Below are positions 53,501-62,848 of a DNA stretch of 64,000 nt, piece by piece. Below the pieces are notes generated by a model, which was given only the letters and a program-made list of their open reading frames with translations, ran no database searches and was not told the DNA's origin. Position 1 is the first letter of the stretch; each line of letters starts with the position of its first letter. This DNA is from Octopus vulgaris (Eukaryota). Location of the stretch: contig OX597823.1 of assembly GCA_951406725.2 (NCBI GenBank), positions 53,940,001-54,004,000 of the forward strand, given 5' to 3'. The translations under genes were made by a program, and so were the position numbers.

Positions 53501-56500
53501 TTCTTGTCAGGCTTCTTCAACTTCATTGAAAGACTCAAATCGGCAACTTTTCATAAAGTGCTGCATGGATTGGAAGAGACAATAGTCAGATGGAGCAACG
53601 TCTGAGTTATAGGCTGGACGCAGCAGAACTTCCACACCATCCAATTCTTCAATCTTGTGGCTGGTCTTTCTGGCAGTATGCAGTGTCTTGTTGAAACAAA
53701 GTACATTTTCAATGAACACAGTGAGTCACCATTGAACATGATATGAACTGAATGAACACACACACCACAAAAATATAAGAAAAAGCATTATTTTAACAGG
53801 GCACATGAACTATTTCCTCAACCTAATAATTGTAATAATTTTTAAAAAATATCAAATATGTATACTAACTTGCCACATTTCAACATGTTCCAAAACTGTT
53901 AATGATTCTAACTCCATAGGCTCACTAGTCTCCTGAAGGCACAGTGAACCTGTAAAGATAAAGTGATATCACAAGTAACAAAAAAAATTCTGGTAAAATA
54001 CAGAAAAAAAGTTACTGAAATATTAGTATGAGGACAGAGGTATGGAGGAAAAGATGGTGGTTAAAGACATGTTTTTTTGGCAACTTCTGAAAGAAACAGA
54101 ACAAAATAATTTAGGATGTTCCCATAGTCATGGATTTATATCTGCATTTCTATGCTGACATAGATTGGATGAGTTTTCTGAGGCAGAGTTTTGTGGCTGG
54201 AAGCTCTTCTTGTTGTATCAAGTCATAAAACTGTTTTCCATGCTGGCATGAGTTGGACAGTTTGACAGGAGCTGGCAAACCAGAGTGCTGCACCAGACAC
54301 CAGCTGTCTGTTTTGGCAAGATTTCTGCAGCTGAAAGCCCTTCCTAATACCACTTTTTACAGAGTGAACTGGGTGCATATTATGTGGTACCAGCACAGGT
54401 GCTTTTTATATGGCATATCTTAAAATTTTTTTTTATTTCTGCTATAGGTACAAGGCCTGAAATTTGGCAGGGAGGGGGAAGTCAATTACACAGACTCCAA
54501 TACTCCACTGGTACTCATTTTATCAACCTCGAAAGGATGAAAGGCAAAATCAACTTTGGTGGAATGTGAACTCACAATATAAAACCAGAAATGCCACTGA
54601 CCATATTGTCCAGCATGCTAATGATTCTGCCAACTCACCACCTTGTTTGTATCTTAATATAAAGAACAAACATATATACAGCAAAACACTGTTTGACAGT
54701 AAAGGTGAAGATAGAAACAAAAAAAAAAAAAAAAGGAATACAGTATTAGAGGAAGAGTTTCGTTGGTACAATAGGATTATTTGAAGTAAACCATCCGAAC
54801 ATAGCCATTGCCAGCACCGCCCCGACTGGCCTCTGTGCCGGTGGCACGTAAAAAGCACCATCCAATCATGGCCGTTTGCCAGCCTTGTCTGGCACCTGTG
54901 CAGGTGGCACGTAAAAAGCACCCACTACACTCACGGAGTGGTTGGCGTTAGGAAGGGCATCCAGCTGTAGAAACACTGCCAGATCAGACTGGGCCTGGCG
55001 CAGCCTTCTGGCTTCCCAGACCCCAGTTGAACCGTCCAACCCATGCTAGCATGGAAAACGGACGTTAAACAATGATGATGAATGTTGCTTTTCTTCCTTT
55101 AGAATTTCTACAAATAGTTTATAATGATTACCATTTCCCCTGTTAATTCCACTACTTATACTAAGAATTCCACTATAAAATGAAAACTTGGATGTAAAAA
55201 TGCTGATAAAAATCACGATTTATTTACCAACAGCATAATGGACGACATTTCTCACTTCCGGATTCATAGCAGCAGCCAATATAACCACACCAAAACTGAA
55301 ATTAATAAGAATTTTTTAAAATCAATTCAAGCTAATTAAACAAATGAAACAAGACACAAATAACTATTTTGGTCACATAAAATGTTTTTACAAAGTTGCC
55401 AAAATTTAACAAACCCAACTCAAGTTACCTATCCCTTTTGTAACAAGTCTAATGTAAAATATATGTGTTTTCTTCGGTCACTGATCTGATATAGTGTTCA
55501 AAGGAAATTATTATTTCTCTTGCTTTTTGAATAAAAATATCTGGAACTTAGGCAAACAACAGCAAAAGATTACAAATATCTAATAAAATTTAAGTACATA
55601 ATTTAACACAAAGTTTAATAAATAAAGTTCACAGTTTATAGTCTTCTTACTATAAATAGTGAATTCTCATAAAACATTATCTATATTTGAACTAGTTTAC
55701 TTGTACTAAGAAGAACAAGTTATGACTAAGCATATAAAAAAAAGTGATATGAGTATTAAGTGTATATAAACAAAAGTAATTTTGCAAAGGATGGAATTTT
55801 AAATGTTGTCCCCTATTCTGGACTCTGACATTTCCAATTTGAAAGTAATTCGATCAGAAGACAAGAAAAAAAAAAGACTAGCAACAAATACTTACGAAGT
55901 GAGCTGCAAATCCAGAAGCCAGATATTTAACTGAGGCAATCTGGTGACATCTTGGTTCTGAAAGCAAAAAGAAAGTGTAAGGTAATTTTAAATTCAAGGA
56001 AGAAGCTTAATCTAAAAGTCTGCCAAGATATGTTGGTTTCAAATTTTGGCACAAGGCCACTAATTTCGGGGGAGGGGGGGTAATTGATTACATCAACCCC
56101 AGTGCTCAAATGATATTTATTTTATCAACCCAGAAAGAATGAAAGGCAAAGGTGACCTCAGTGAAATTTGAACTCAGAACATAAAGACAGACAAAATGTT
56201 ACTGAGCATTTCATCCAGTAAGCTAACAATTCTGTCAACTTGACATCTTATCTGCAGAGATGTATTAAGAGAAGAGAGAAATTCATATCATCATCACCCT
56301 TTAACATCCACTTTCCACACTGGCAAGCCAGAGAGTTGCACCAGGTTCCAGTCTGATTTGACTTCGTTTGTACAGCTGGATGCCTATCATAATGCTAACC
56401 ACTTTACAGTACATGCTGGGTGCTTTTAATGTGGCAACAGCATGATAAATATAGGCTATAAACTTTAGAGAAGAGAAAGTGGCTTGGTAGCTGTGTATAG

Positions 56501-59500
56501 AAGCATTTGGAAAATATTAAATTGATCAATACAAAATTTTTAAAAAGGTTTCAATGGTCAAAACACAACTCTAACACTAACAATAAATATATTACCATCA
56601 TCATCATCATCTAACATCCACCTTCCATGCTGGCATGGTTTGGACAGTTTGGCAACACCAACCACTTTACAGAGTGTATTGGGTGCTTTTTACGTGGCAT
56701 CAACAGGGTCACCATGTAACCTTGCAAAACAGGACAAAATTTCCTTGACTGGGAGAAGTAGTATTGAGGAAGGTGGCTTTGTGCTAATTGATGAGAAGTT
56801 AAAAGAATAACAGAGAAACTGAGATAGGTGACTTGCTGTAGAAAAGATATAAGGATATCTACACAAACAAAAATATAAACAGCAACAATAATCTTCCAAG
56901 CTTTATAGATATTTATGCTTACCCATATTTTTTTAGCCAGCTGTATTCGAAACAATCGTTCAACATTGGACTGAAAGAGTAACTGGAATGAAAATTAAGA
57001 AAAATCTAGATAAAAAAAACATTTTCAACAGTGAAAACAATAACATATTCATTGAAAATAAATCTGCTTTTCTTTTCTTGAAAATATTGCAAATATTTAT
57101 ATTTTACTAATCAGTGCTTTACCAAATAATTCAAAGATTATATTGAATTATTTAATCTATGTCTTTGGTGTCCTTACCGACAGAATTTAAATCATAATTA
57201 AACAGTATTTGTTAAGAAGAATCAGAGACTATTCAGAATATGAGACATGTTTAACAGGACTTGGTTTTATGAAAGATACCAAATTTAAAAAGTTTACATG
57301 GCAGCTTTAATAAAAGGGAGCTTAGGGTTTTAGATCAATGTTTAACATAATACAGTGTTGTAAGCTACTCAGGTAAAAACAAAGACATTCCTATGTCAGT
57401 GTTTCCCAACCAGGGCTCCCCAGAATCTTAGAATCAGCTAAATATAGTAATAAATAAGCTAATTATATGCAAGTTATTTTTGAGCTATCATTGTATTCTA
57501 TAGTAGAAGACACTTGCCCAAAGTGCCACTCTGACTTTAAAATAAAATAAGAGCTAAAAAAAAGGTTTAACATAGAGGAAAAAAAGAAATTTTAATAGTT
57601 TACAGTTTCTGTATTATTGGCAGCCATAGACCATTTTTGGAGGACATTTCCTGAGAGAACATAGAAGAAACGATCTTTGCCCAATTCATAATCATCATCA
57701 GCTATTAATGCATGAAGAGCCTGTAATGAAAAAGAAATATATAAAAATAGAAATGTAATCATCAAATGATATAGAAGTGGAATCCCAATCTCTAAGATCT
57801 GAAACAGAAAATTTTCAAAATGATTCATTTTGCTTTTGCACATGCAGTAATATTCAATAAAACTTAAGTATATTATCAGCTAGACTTTAAGGTTAGATTA
57901 GAGCAGTCATGGGCAAATTGTGACCTGCAGGACTCTGAATGGCACACCTAATAAAAAATTACCTTGAATTATTATTTTTTTTTAAGTAGTGTTGTAACCC
58001 ACCTGATGATAAGCCACATCTCATGTGGTTTGCTTCTCAAAAAAGGTTGCCCATGCCCGATTTAGATTAATGAGTAGGGTTTAGGGTTAGGGTGAGTGAA
58101 GGTTTAGGATATGGGGTTCACGCTTTAAGAAGAGGGTTAAGATTTAGGAATGGATTCAAAGTAGAGTTGGGTTCAGCATTAAAAGATGGGTTTAATATAA
58201 GGGTTAAGATTTAGAGTCTAGAGTAGTGGTTCACAAGTGATGTTAAAATTTAAGTACAATAAATCAAATATATTTCTACAATACGCAAAAATATTTTAAA
58301 AATTTCTTTTATAAAATTCCAAATAATATCTAATTATAAAAATACAATTTTTTAAACATTGAATAGCTAGGAGGGTAAACATGAGTAAAATAGGAATCAA
58401 AGGAGTCCATAGATAAAAATAAGGGCTGAGAAGCACTGGTCTGGAGTTATGATTTAAGGCTTAGGGTTTAAGGTTAGAAATTTAGTTAGGGTTAGGGTTG
58501 GTCAAGGATGCAAATTTGAAAGACATTTCTGATTCTTAAAAAGCAACGACAAAAATAGTCACAGTTAGAAAGCTATAGATGTGATGAAATTTCTTTGCAC
58601 ATTACAAATTTTGGCGATGTGATAAATTGTAACGAATGATTTGATATGAATTGTAATGAATGATTGATGATTCATTAAAATTCATAATTTTCATCATTGA
58701 GGAAAATTATGCATAAATAAATGTAACTTTAATATGTGATACAGGCTTTAGTTAGCCTGGGGTTTAAGTAGAAGACACTTGCCCAAGGTTCCACACAATG
58801 GGACTGAACCCAGAACCATAAGGTTGAGAAGCACACGTCTTACCACACGGCCTGGCTGGCACCAATATAAGCTTATCAACCCTCTAGCATATAAACCAGT
58901 CATATATGGAACAAATATTCTACTTGTTTTATATACAAACCAGCTAGATCCAACCTCTCTCACCTACTCTACAGTGTCATTCTACAAAAGGAAAACTCAC
59001 ATAATTGAAATCTCAAAGCTATGAGATAATGCATGATTAATTCAAAACAGTATGAATACATAAGCATTATATTTGACAGAATAATCTGAATGCTAAGGGG
59101 TTAATGACAAAAAATTACAAACAATTTAACCCTTTTGAGGCCACCCTTGGTTTTATGATACAAAGTTCCTATTTTGAAGTAATCTAAATTACAGCTTCCC
59201 ATCAAAATTTTACTAAATTTTTATCATTTTCAAAATTAACTGACACAAAGGTTGTGCATTTCAACAGAAATATGGTAATGAAAGGGTTAATAACTTACAG
59301 CTCCAGAAGCCTGAGCGGATGATGAGCCAAATATGAAAGAGGTCATGCGGCTTGTGATACCAGCAAGCATACCTTGTGAAGCTCTGATAATGCGATAGGA
59401 AATTGAATTCTGCAATAAATAAACATTATAAAATTTTTTGATGAAGCCAGTTACAACAGGAATTGTAAAATCAATGTTTTTTAAAAGTAAAATATTACCT

Positions 59501-61957
59501 TTTACATCTTTGAAGTTACAAGGGTGTGCTGAAAAGTTCCTGGCTTTAAGGGTATTGTGAAAAGCCTGGTTGAAGGCCCAACCTTCCGAATTCTTTTACA
59601 AGGCTTAGAAAAACTGAAGGACCACTGCAATAAGTGTGTGAATGTGAGAGGGGAATGCATTGAATAAATCATAATCCTCCTGTATTTTCTTCTACCCAAA
59701 ACCAAGAACTTTTCAGCAACCCCTCATATATATATCTATTTCTTAACTACCCACAAGGAGCTAAACACAGAGGGGACAAACAAGGACAGACAAAGGGATT
59801 AAGTCGATTACATAGACCCCAGTACGTAACTGGTACTTAATTTATCAACCCCGAAAGGATGAAAGGCAAAGTCGACCTCGGCGGAATTTGAACTCTGAAC
59901 GTAACGACAGACGAAATACGGCTACGCATTTCGCCCAGCATGCTAACATTTCTGCCAGCTCACCCTCATATACATATCATCATAAAAGACAAACTGAGTG
60001 AGCAATTTGAAAAATTAAGTACAATCAATAGATAAAAATGAAATTAAATGTTAAAAGTATTAAGTTAAAAATATATTGTTTCAAAAATATATTAAGAGAA
60101 TATGAAAAAACATTTAGTAACAGTAACAAATAATAAACTCACTTGTTCCGGAGTTGGAGAAAGAAGAACAAATGAGCTAGTCGTAGTAGCTAGAATACAA
60201 CCATGAGGCTGAAAAATAAAAGAAAATAGAATAAACATTTGATAACAATATATTCCATTTTCCAGCATACAAGTCAAATTTTTCAGGCCCAAGATCCCAT
60301 GAGAAATGTAGAAGGATTTGGAAAATATGGTGATGATGTTCGAATGTTTACACTATATACTACAACAATTTGTATGCCGGAAAATATGGTATCTATAGTA
60401 ATAGCTATATATACACACTGTAATGTACACAGTCATTATATATACATGTATAAATATAGCAGTGGTTCTCAACTGTGGCCCTCAAGCATCCTTCCAGTAG
60501 CCCTTGACAGCCTTCCCACTGACAGTCTTCCCAATGTGAATAAATAAGCATACAAATTTTTCTTTAATTGACTTGTTTTACTTTTTTTTTTGTATGATAG
60601 TGCACTCATTTACAATTATCATGTGATGTCAAAGCAAAGGAAGCACACACACATTGCCTTGAGCTGACAAACACCTTGTGAGAAGAATTTCCCCAAGTGG
60701 AAATTGTGTGGAAGCTCATCGCTAATGTGTATATATGTGGTGAGGTGTACCTGTTGTGTGTACATATGTCTTTTATTGATGTATATTGACAATATAATCA
60801 TCGGTAAGGAACAAAAACAAAAAAAAAAGCAGTGACTAACTGACTAGAAACCTATAACAGCACTACTGTTCACAAACTGAAATATAAAACAGATATAGAA
60901 AAATAAATTTTAACCTGCAAATTAAAACAAACACTTTCTACACTAACTTGGTCGAGCTATTGTGACTTTTTAAAAAATTATATTTGAGGCCATAGAAATG
61001 CTGAAAGCACAGTATTTACCCTTGCTTTACTAACTGAGAAAAAAAAGTACTTTCTCCATGAATATTACTGTTGTGAATTTCTGGGTTTGTACTTTACATT
61101 TTTATGCATAGTACAACTCTGCCCTGATGTACAAACAAGGTTTTTAGCTGTTGCAAAACTTCTTTCTTAATTACAAAGGACCTGTACTTTTTTTCATGGG
61201 AAAAGAAGGATCACTGATTGTCAATACCTACACAGTCATCTCAAGCTGATAGAAATAGCAGACAAATCGCTTTCACAATAAACTTTACATTCTTAGAAGA
61301 AAGAAAAATACCTTGTGAGTGAAATTTAGTCCAAGTAATTGAGTAATGTAGTCTTAGTTATTCTATCATTTAAAAAAGATAAGATGATTATGTGTTGGAC
61401 ACATCTGATCACAGGTTTAATCAATCAGCACTGACCTAGGATTAAACAACTCTTACCATTTTCATATGTTAAACTGTATAAAAAAAATATTAAATCTAGC
61501 TGTTTAGCATTTAAACCAGCCATATCCACCCCAGATGTGGTACCTGTTACATATATTCAAACCAGCCAGATCCAGCCTCTCGCACCTACCCTACAATGTC
61601 CATTTTGAAATAACAAGACAATGTATAATAAATTCAAAACAATGTGAATAAATAAGCATTCCATTTGACAATGCATTCTGAATGCTAAAGAGTAAAAGTA
61701 AAAATTATTACAATCAAATTGATAAATACCTGCAAATTAACAACACAGGCACATTCTTCTCCTTTCAGTTCTGCATTTATTTCAATGAAAGCAGTTTCAT
61801 GAGCAATACTTGACCAGTATCGAACAACTCCCTCAGGTGACACAGCAATACATGCTGCTTGTTGAGACTCATTTGGATTACAGATAACACACACCCTGTT
61901 AGCATCATGTGCTAAATCACTCGGTGGAAGGGTCAGTTCTTTCACAATTCTTGAACT
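12102..61957 (-). CDS. NUP133: Nuclear pore complex protein Nup133: 31 coding exons in the window (1020 aa + stop), 5' end missing
   Basis: Hand-spliced exons are all GT-AG with consistent phases. Hallmark Nup133 motifs are present in collinear order: [98 protein letters not shown]. Confidence 0.96.
12888..15005 (+). mobile_element. 5'-truncated Dong/R4-clade RLE non-LTR retrotransposon in (TAA)n, interrupted by a SINE
   Basis: RT motifs ([36 protein letters not shown]), CCHC finger (CRIC...HITSQC), RHHN and KPDIVL..IIDIA..KVERY RLE motifs. (TAA)n lies on both flanks. Frameshifted. Confidence 0.9.
13853..14228 (+). mobile_element. Full-length tRNA-derived SINE nested in the Dong/R4 element
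   Basis: GGCGTAGGAGTGGCTGTGTGGTAAG head (A box), GGTTCAGTCCC (B box) and internal microsatellite; splits the LINE ORF. Confidence 0.9.
15621..15703 (-). CDS. NUP133: NUP133 exon 30/31
   Basis: [27 protein letters not shown], cag/gtaag, 83 nt, phase 2-1. Confidence 0.92.
15885..16365 (-). mobile_element. Small Penelope-type non-autonomous element in (TA)n carrying a hammerhead motif
   Basis: AT-rich segment bounded by (TA)n on both sides, containing the hammerhead core at 16115-16189. Confidence 0.5.
16115..16189 (-). ncRNA. Type I hammerhead ribozyme-like motif
   Basis: GAC-CUGAGGA-[long stem II GUGACUAUAAUUU...AAAUUAUAGCCAU]-GAAA-CGUACG-UA-GUC: full catalytic core, GUA cleavage triplet, palindromic stem III, 3-bp stem I. 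Confidence 0.6.
16398..16465 (-). CDS. NUP133: NUP133 exon 29/31
   Basis: [22 protein letters not shown], tag/gtgag, 68 nt, phase 0-2. Confidence 0.9.
18155..18392. mobile_element. piggyBac-derived MITE; relatives at about 41100, 47150-47593, 58880-59104 and 61505-61690
   Basis: TTAA|CCCTTTAGCATTCA ... TGAATGCTAAAAGG|TTAA. Confidence 0.8.
18841..20972 (-). mobile_element. Young GC-rich composite retroposon: (GAT)n SINE-like tail, G-rich array and two tandem 5' monomers
   Basis: CpG-rich; the (CAT)n tail at 18841 gives minus orientation; nested in a SINE. Confidence 0.7.
19612..19932 (+). repeat. 18-bp G-rich minisatellite (GGGGTGGTATTGGTGGTG)n
   Basis: 6-aa periodicity in all reading frames (PPPPPI, TTNTTP, GWYWWW). 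Confidence 0.95.
19941..20973. repeat. Near-identical tandem duplication (periods 517 and 511 bp)
   Basis: Identical ORFs 20150-20347 and 20667-20864. The junction CAC(C/T)GCGCAA recurs at about 19936, 20453 and 20964. Confidence 0.95.
20973..21620. repeat. Perfect 111-bp inverted repeat (20973-21083 versus 21510-21620) flanking NUP133 exon 28
   Basis: Base-by-base reverse-complement identity, AGATTTATGGGG...GAAAGCCTGA. Confidence 0.95.
21352..21432 (-). CDS. NUP133: NUP133 exon 28/31
   Basis: [27 protein letters not shown], cag/gtatg, 81 nt, phase 0-0. Confidence 0.95.
23430..23990 (+). mobile_element. RTE LINE RT fragment
   Basis: [55 protein letters not shown]. Confidence 0.8.
24754..25331. 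repeat. Fold-back element with about 165-bp diverged inverted arms
   Basis: TCTAATATAATAAATGCGAAAACTAAT... at 24754 mirrors ...ATTAGTTTTCACATTTATTATATTAGA at 25331. Confidence 0.75.
26425..26481 (-). CDS. NUP133: NUP133 exon 27/31
   Basis: [19 protein letters not shown], tag/gtcag, 57 nt. Confidence 0.92.
26833..27062 (+). mobile_element. Helitron/Helentron-like fragment
   Basis: Terminus TACTAGCAGTATCGCCCGGCGTTGC resembles invertebrate Helitron-like non-autonomous elements. Confidence 0.45.
28174..28235 (-). CDS. NUP133: NUP133 exon 26/31
   Basis: (E)[20 protein letters not shown], 62 nt, phase 1-0. Confidence 0.92.
29613..29679 (-). CDS. NUP133: NUP133 exon 25/31
   Basis: [22 protein letters not shown], tag/gtgtg, 67 nt, phase 0-1. 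Confidence 0.92.
29854..30066. mobile_element. Mariner-derived MITE; second copy inverted at about 59519-59726
   Basis: TA|CAAGGGGTGCTGAAAAGTT ... AACTTTTCAGCACCCCCTTG|TA. Confidence 0.88.
31599..32004 (+). mobile_element. Full-length tRNA-derived SINE; further copies at about 34320-34930, 44550-44925 (-) and 51735-52085 (-)
   Basis: Same head, body and tail as 13853-14228; GTAAAC on both flanks (possible TSD). Confidence 0.9.
32180..32239 (-). CDS. NUP133: NUP133 exon 24/31
   Basis: [20 protein letters not shown], 60 nt. Confidence 0.94.
32592..32685 (+). ncRNA. Type I hammerhead ribozyme-like motif (decayed stem II)
   Basis: UAUAUUCAC-CUGAUGA-[...]-GAAA-CAGCUG-UA-GUGAGUGUG; 9-bp stem I and palindromic stem III. 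Confidence 0.5.
33510..33622 (-). CDS. NUP133: NUP133 exon 23/31
   Basis: KRGKLLTMP...[15 protein letters not shown], 113 nt, phase 1-0. Confidence 0.94.
35523..35562 (-). CDS. NUP133: NUP133 exon 22/31
   Basis: [13 protein letters not shown](G), cag/gtaag, 40 nt, phase 0-1. Confidence 0.88.
36020..36830 (+). mobile_element. piggyBac (PGBD4-like) transposase pseudogene
   Basis: [59 protein letters not shown], with an acidic N-terminus and stops/frameshifts. Confidence 0.9.
37922..38055 (-). CDS. NUP133: NUP133 exon 21/31
   Basis: [26 protein letters not shown]...[11 protein letters not shown], 134 nt, phase 1-0. Confidence 0.95.
39339..39552 (-). CDS. NUP133: NUP133 exon 20/31
   Basis: CSMTMEQG...[20 protein letters not shown]...RALLTSML, 214 nt, phase 0-1. 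Confidence 0.95.
40826..40969 (-). CDS. NUP133: NUP133 exon 19/31
   Basis: [17 protein letters not shown]...ETEYIPWT...MRALLKKQ, 144 nt. Confidence 0.95.
41342..41461 (-). CDS. NUP133: NUP133 exon 18/31
   Basis: [17 protein letters not shown]...[10 protein letters not shown], cag/gtaag, 120 nt. Confidence 0.92.
42609..42705 (-). CDS. NUP133: NUP133 exon 17/31
   Basis: [32 protein letters not shown], aag/gtaaa, 97 nt, phase 2-0. Confidence 0.9.
43620..44330 (+). mobile_element. Penelope-like element remnant (RT C-terminus plus GIY-YIG endonuclease)
   Basis: RKIIWYNP..., [31 protein letters not shown]...HYTGMT..F are typical of the PLE GIY-YIG region. Confidence 0.8.
45088..45215 (-). CDS. 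NUP133: NUP133 exon 16/31
   Basis: [31 protein letters not shown]...LDE, cag/gtgag, 128 nt, phase 0-2. Confidence 0.94.
45500..45612 (-). CDS. NUP133: NUP133 exon 15/31
   Basis: [37 protein letters not shown], cag/gtaag, 113 nt, phase 1-0. Confidence 0.93.
46302..46457. repeat. Spacer-less 156-bp palindrome (3 mismatches)
   Basis: TTGGAAAATTCATAGC...GGTGATATA|TATATCACC...GCTATGAATTTTCCAA. Confidence 0.95.
46597..46792 (-). CDS. NUP133: NUP133 exon 14/31
   Basis: KKTEELL...[32 protein letters not shown], 196 nt, phase 0-1. Confidence 0.95.
46981..47055 (-). CDS. NUP133: NUP133 exon 13/31
   Basis: [25 protein letters not shown], cag/gtaag, 75 nt. Confidence 0.9.
47786..48089 (+). mobile_element. 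Young tRNA-derived SINE (distinct family) with 10-bp TSD
   Basis: TAATATCTCA duplicated at 47776-85 and 48090-99. A box TGACCCAGTGG, B box GTTTCGATTCCC, (AAAT)n tail, CpGs retained. Confidence 0.88.
48120..48150 (-). CDS. NUP133: NUP133 exon 12/31 (31-nt small exon)
   Basis: [10 protein letters not shown], tag/gtaag, phase 2-0; required to restore the frame between its neighbours. Confidence 0.78.
48349..48892. mobile_element. piggyBac-type MITE
   Basis: TTAA|CCCCTTACCC ... GGGTAAGGGG|TTAA. Confidence 0.82.
49080..49164 (-). CDS. NUP133: NUP133 exon 11/31
   Basis: [27 protein letters not shown](G), cag/gttgg (weak donor), 85 nt, phase 1-2. Confidence 0.85.
50300..50472 (-). mobile_element. 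RTE LINE 3' fragment
   Basis: [37 protein letters not shown]. Confidence 0.8.
50830..51017. mobile_element. Tc1/pogo-like MITE; related partial copies at about 25545-25690, 27978-28135 and 60253-60390
   Basis: TA|CCATATTTTCTGGCATATAAGT ... ACTTGTATTACCAGGAAATATGG|TA. Confidence 0.75.
51173..51238 (-). CDS. NUP133: NUP133 exon 10/31
   Basis: [21 protein letters not shown](G), cag/gtaag, 66 nt, phase 1-1. Confidence 0.92.
52187..52289 (-). CDS. NUP133: NUP133 exon 9/31
   Basis: [34 protein letters not shown], tag/gtaag, 103 nt, phase 0-1. Confidence 0.88.
53339..53826 (-). mobile_element. Internally deleted mariner transposon
   Basis: TIRs TAGGTT(A/G)AGGAAA(A/T)AGTT...; [33 protein letters not shown]. 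Confidence 0.85.
53870..53949 (-). CDS. NUP133: NUP133 exon 8/31
   Basis: [26 protein letters not shown], cag/gttag, 80 nt, phase 1-0. Confidence 0.82.
55228..55295 (-). CDS. NUP133: NUP133 exon 7/31
   Basis: [22 protein letters not shown](G), 68 nt, phase 2-1. Confidence 0.92.
55896..55957 (-). CDS. NUP133: NUP133 exon 6/31
   Basis: [20 protein letters not shown](S), cag/gtaag, 62 nt, phase 0-2. Confidence 0.9.
56923..56982 (-). CDS. NUP133: NUP133 exon 5/31
   Basis: [20 protein letters not shown], cag/gtaag, 60 nt. Confidence 0.88.
57604..57720 (-). CDS. NUP133: NUP133 exon 4/31
   Basis: [10 protein letters not shown]...[22 protein letters not shown], cag/gtaaa, 117 nt. Confidence 0.9.
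57903..58060. mobile_element. hAT-like MITE; inverted relative at about 17585-17716
   Basis: CAGTCATGGGCAA ... TTGCCCATGCCCG termini and a shared internal sequence. Confidence 0.6.
58075..58500 (+). repeat. Degenerate TTAGGG-like repeat tract interrupted by a MITE-like insert
   Basis: AGGGTTTAGGGTTAGGG at about 58077 and TTAGGGTTAGGGTT at about 58486. Confidence 0.5.
59299..59409 (-). CDS. NUP133: NUP133 exon 3/31
   Basis: [37 protein letters not shown], cag/gtaag, 111 nt. Confidence 0.93.
59737..59965 (-). mobile_element. MetaSINE-like SINE; other copies at about 24560-24735, 28585-28800, 39060-39250, 54440-54645 and 56030-56250
   Basis: tRNA-like head with GAGTTCAAATTCC B box, followed by GCCTTTCATCCTTTCGGGGTTGATAAATTAAGTACCAG, which resembles the Meta domain. 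Confidence 0.7.
60143..60208 (-). CDS. NUP133: NUP133 exon 2/31
   Basis: [22 protein letters not shown], cag/gtgag, 66 nt, phase 0-0. Confidence 0.9.
61730..61957 (-). CDS. NUP133: NUP133 exon 1/31 in window
   Basis: cag|[14 protein letters not shown]...EGVVRYWSS...CVVNLQ|gtatt, 228 nt, phase 0-0. Confidence 0.95.
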
Positions 61958-62399
61958 CTGTAAAAGAGAAGAGAAAAAGAACAAATGGATTTAATTATTT
62001 GAAAACAGCACAGTAGTTATATGAGGCACAGTGACTGAAAAGTTACAGAGATAGAGGGCCCTTTCAGATAGGAAGACCATGAGTTTAAAATTTGTAAAAG
62101 CAGCTATGGAAACGGAAGTAATCTAACACACATACATCTATAGATGTTTGTGGTAGAGCGAATAAAAGTTGGTAGATAACTATGATGCAACGATGCAACT
62201 CTTAAGTATATTTATATCTATCTATACCTATATATGTGTTCCTGTGATAAAGTTCAGCAAAATAGACCAATATAATAAGTACTAGGCTTACAAAGAATAA
62301 GTTCCAAGATCAATTTGTTTGACTAAAGGCAGTGCTCCAGCATGGCTACAGTCAAATGACTGGAACAAGTAAAAGAATAAAAGAATCTATGTATTGTTC

Positions 62400-62848
62400 C
62401 AGCAGGTGACAAGTTAAAAATGTTGTCTGGCCACTTAGAGGAGAGTACTCTTCCTGAACTTTCACAACTTGATCGAGCCAACATTCACCAGGTACCCAAT
62501 CTATGTTCTATAGTTGTGAGACTTAGACAATATGGGACCCTCAGGGAGCTGCCAGGATTTCATACCTACAACTCTAAGGAAACAGGATGCATCTTGTTAC
62601 TTGTACAGTTCAAGAATGCCAGCTTGGACTGTTTGGTAATGTTTCTCGACTTTCCCAGTTAGACTCTGCTTGCTGTATTCTCTTCACTGAGGATCCAGCT
62701 GGGTGGACCATGAAGTGGTATCTTGCAGAGATGAGGGACTGACAGGGACTCTGCTCAATGGGTCACCCAGGAGGACCAGGGAATATACAGACAAATGATA
62801 AATGCAGCAACATGCTGCAACAGTACATGCCCCCGCACCTGACCTGAA
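62400..62848 (+). mobile_element. Decayed LINE (RTE-like) 3' end
   Basis: ...QLGLFGNVSRL...-like frame and a ...CACCTGACCTGA terminus. Confidence 0.45.

Noticed and set aside
58075-58500. Interstitial telomere or chromosome-fusion scar
   Set aside because: Only a few perfect TTAGGG units, in a single orientation, within an intron of an intact gene.
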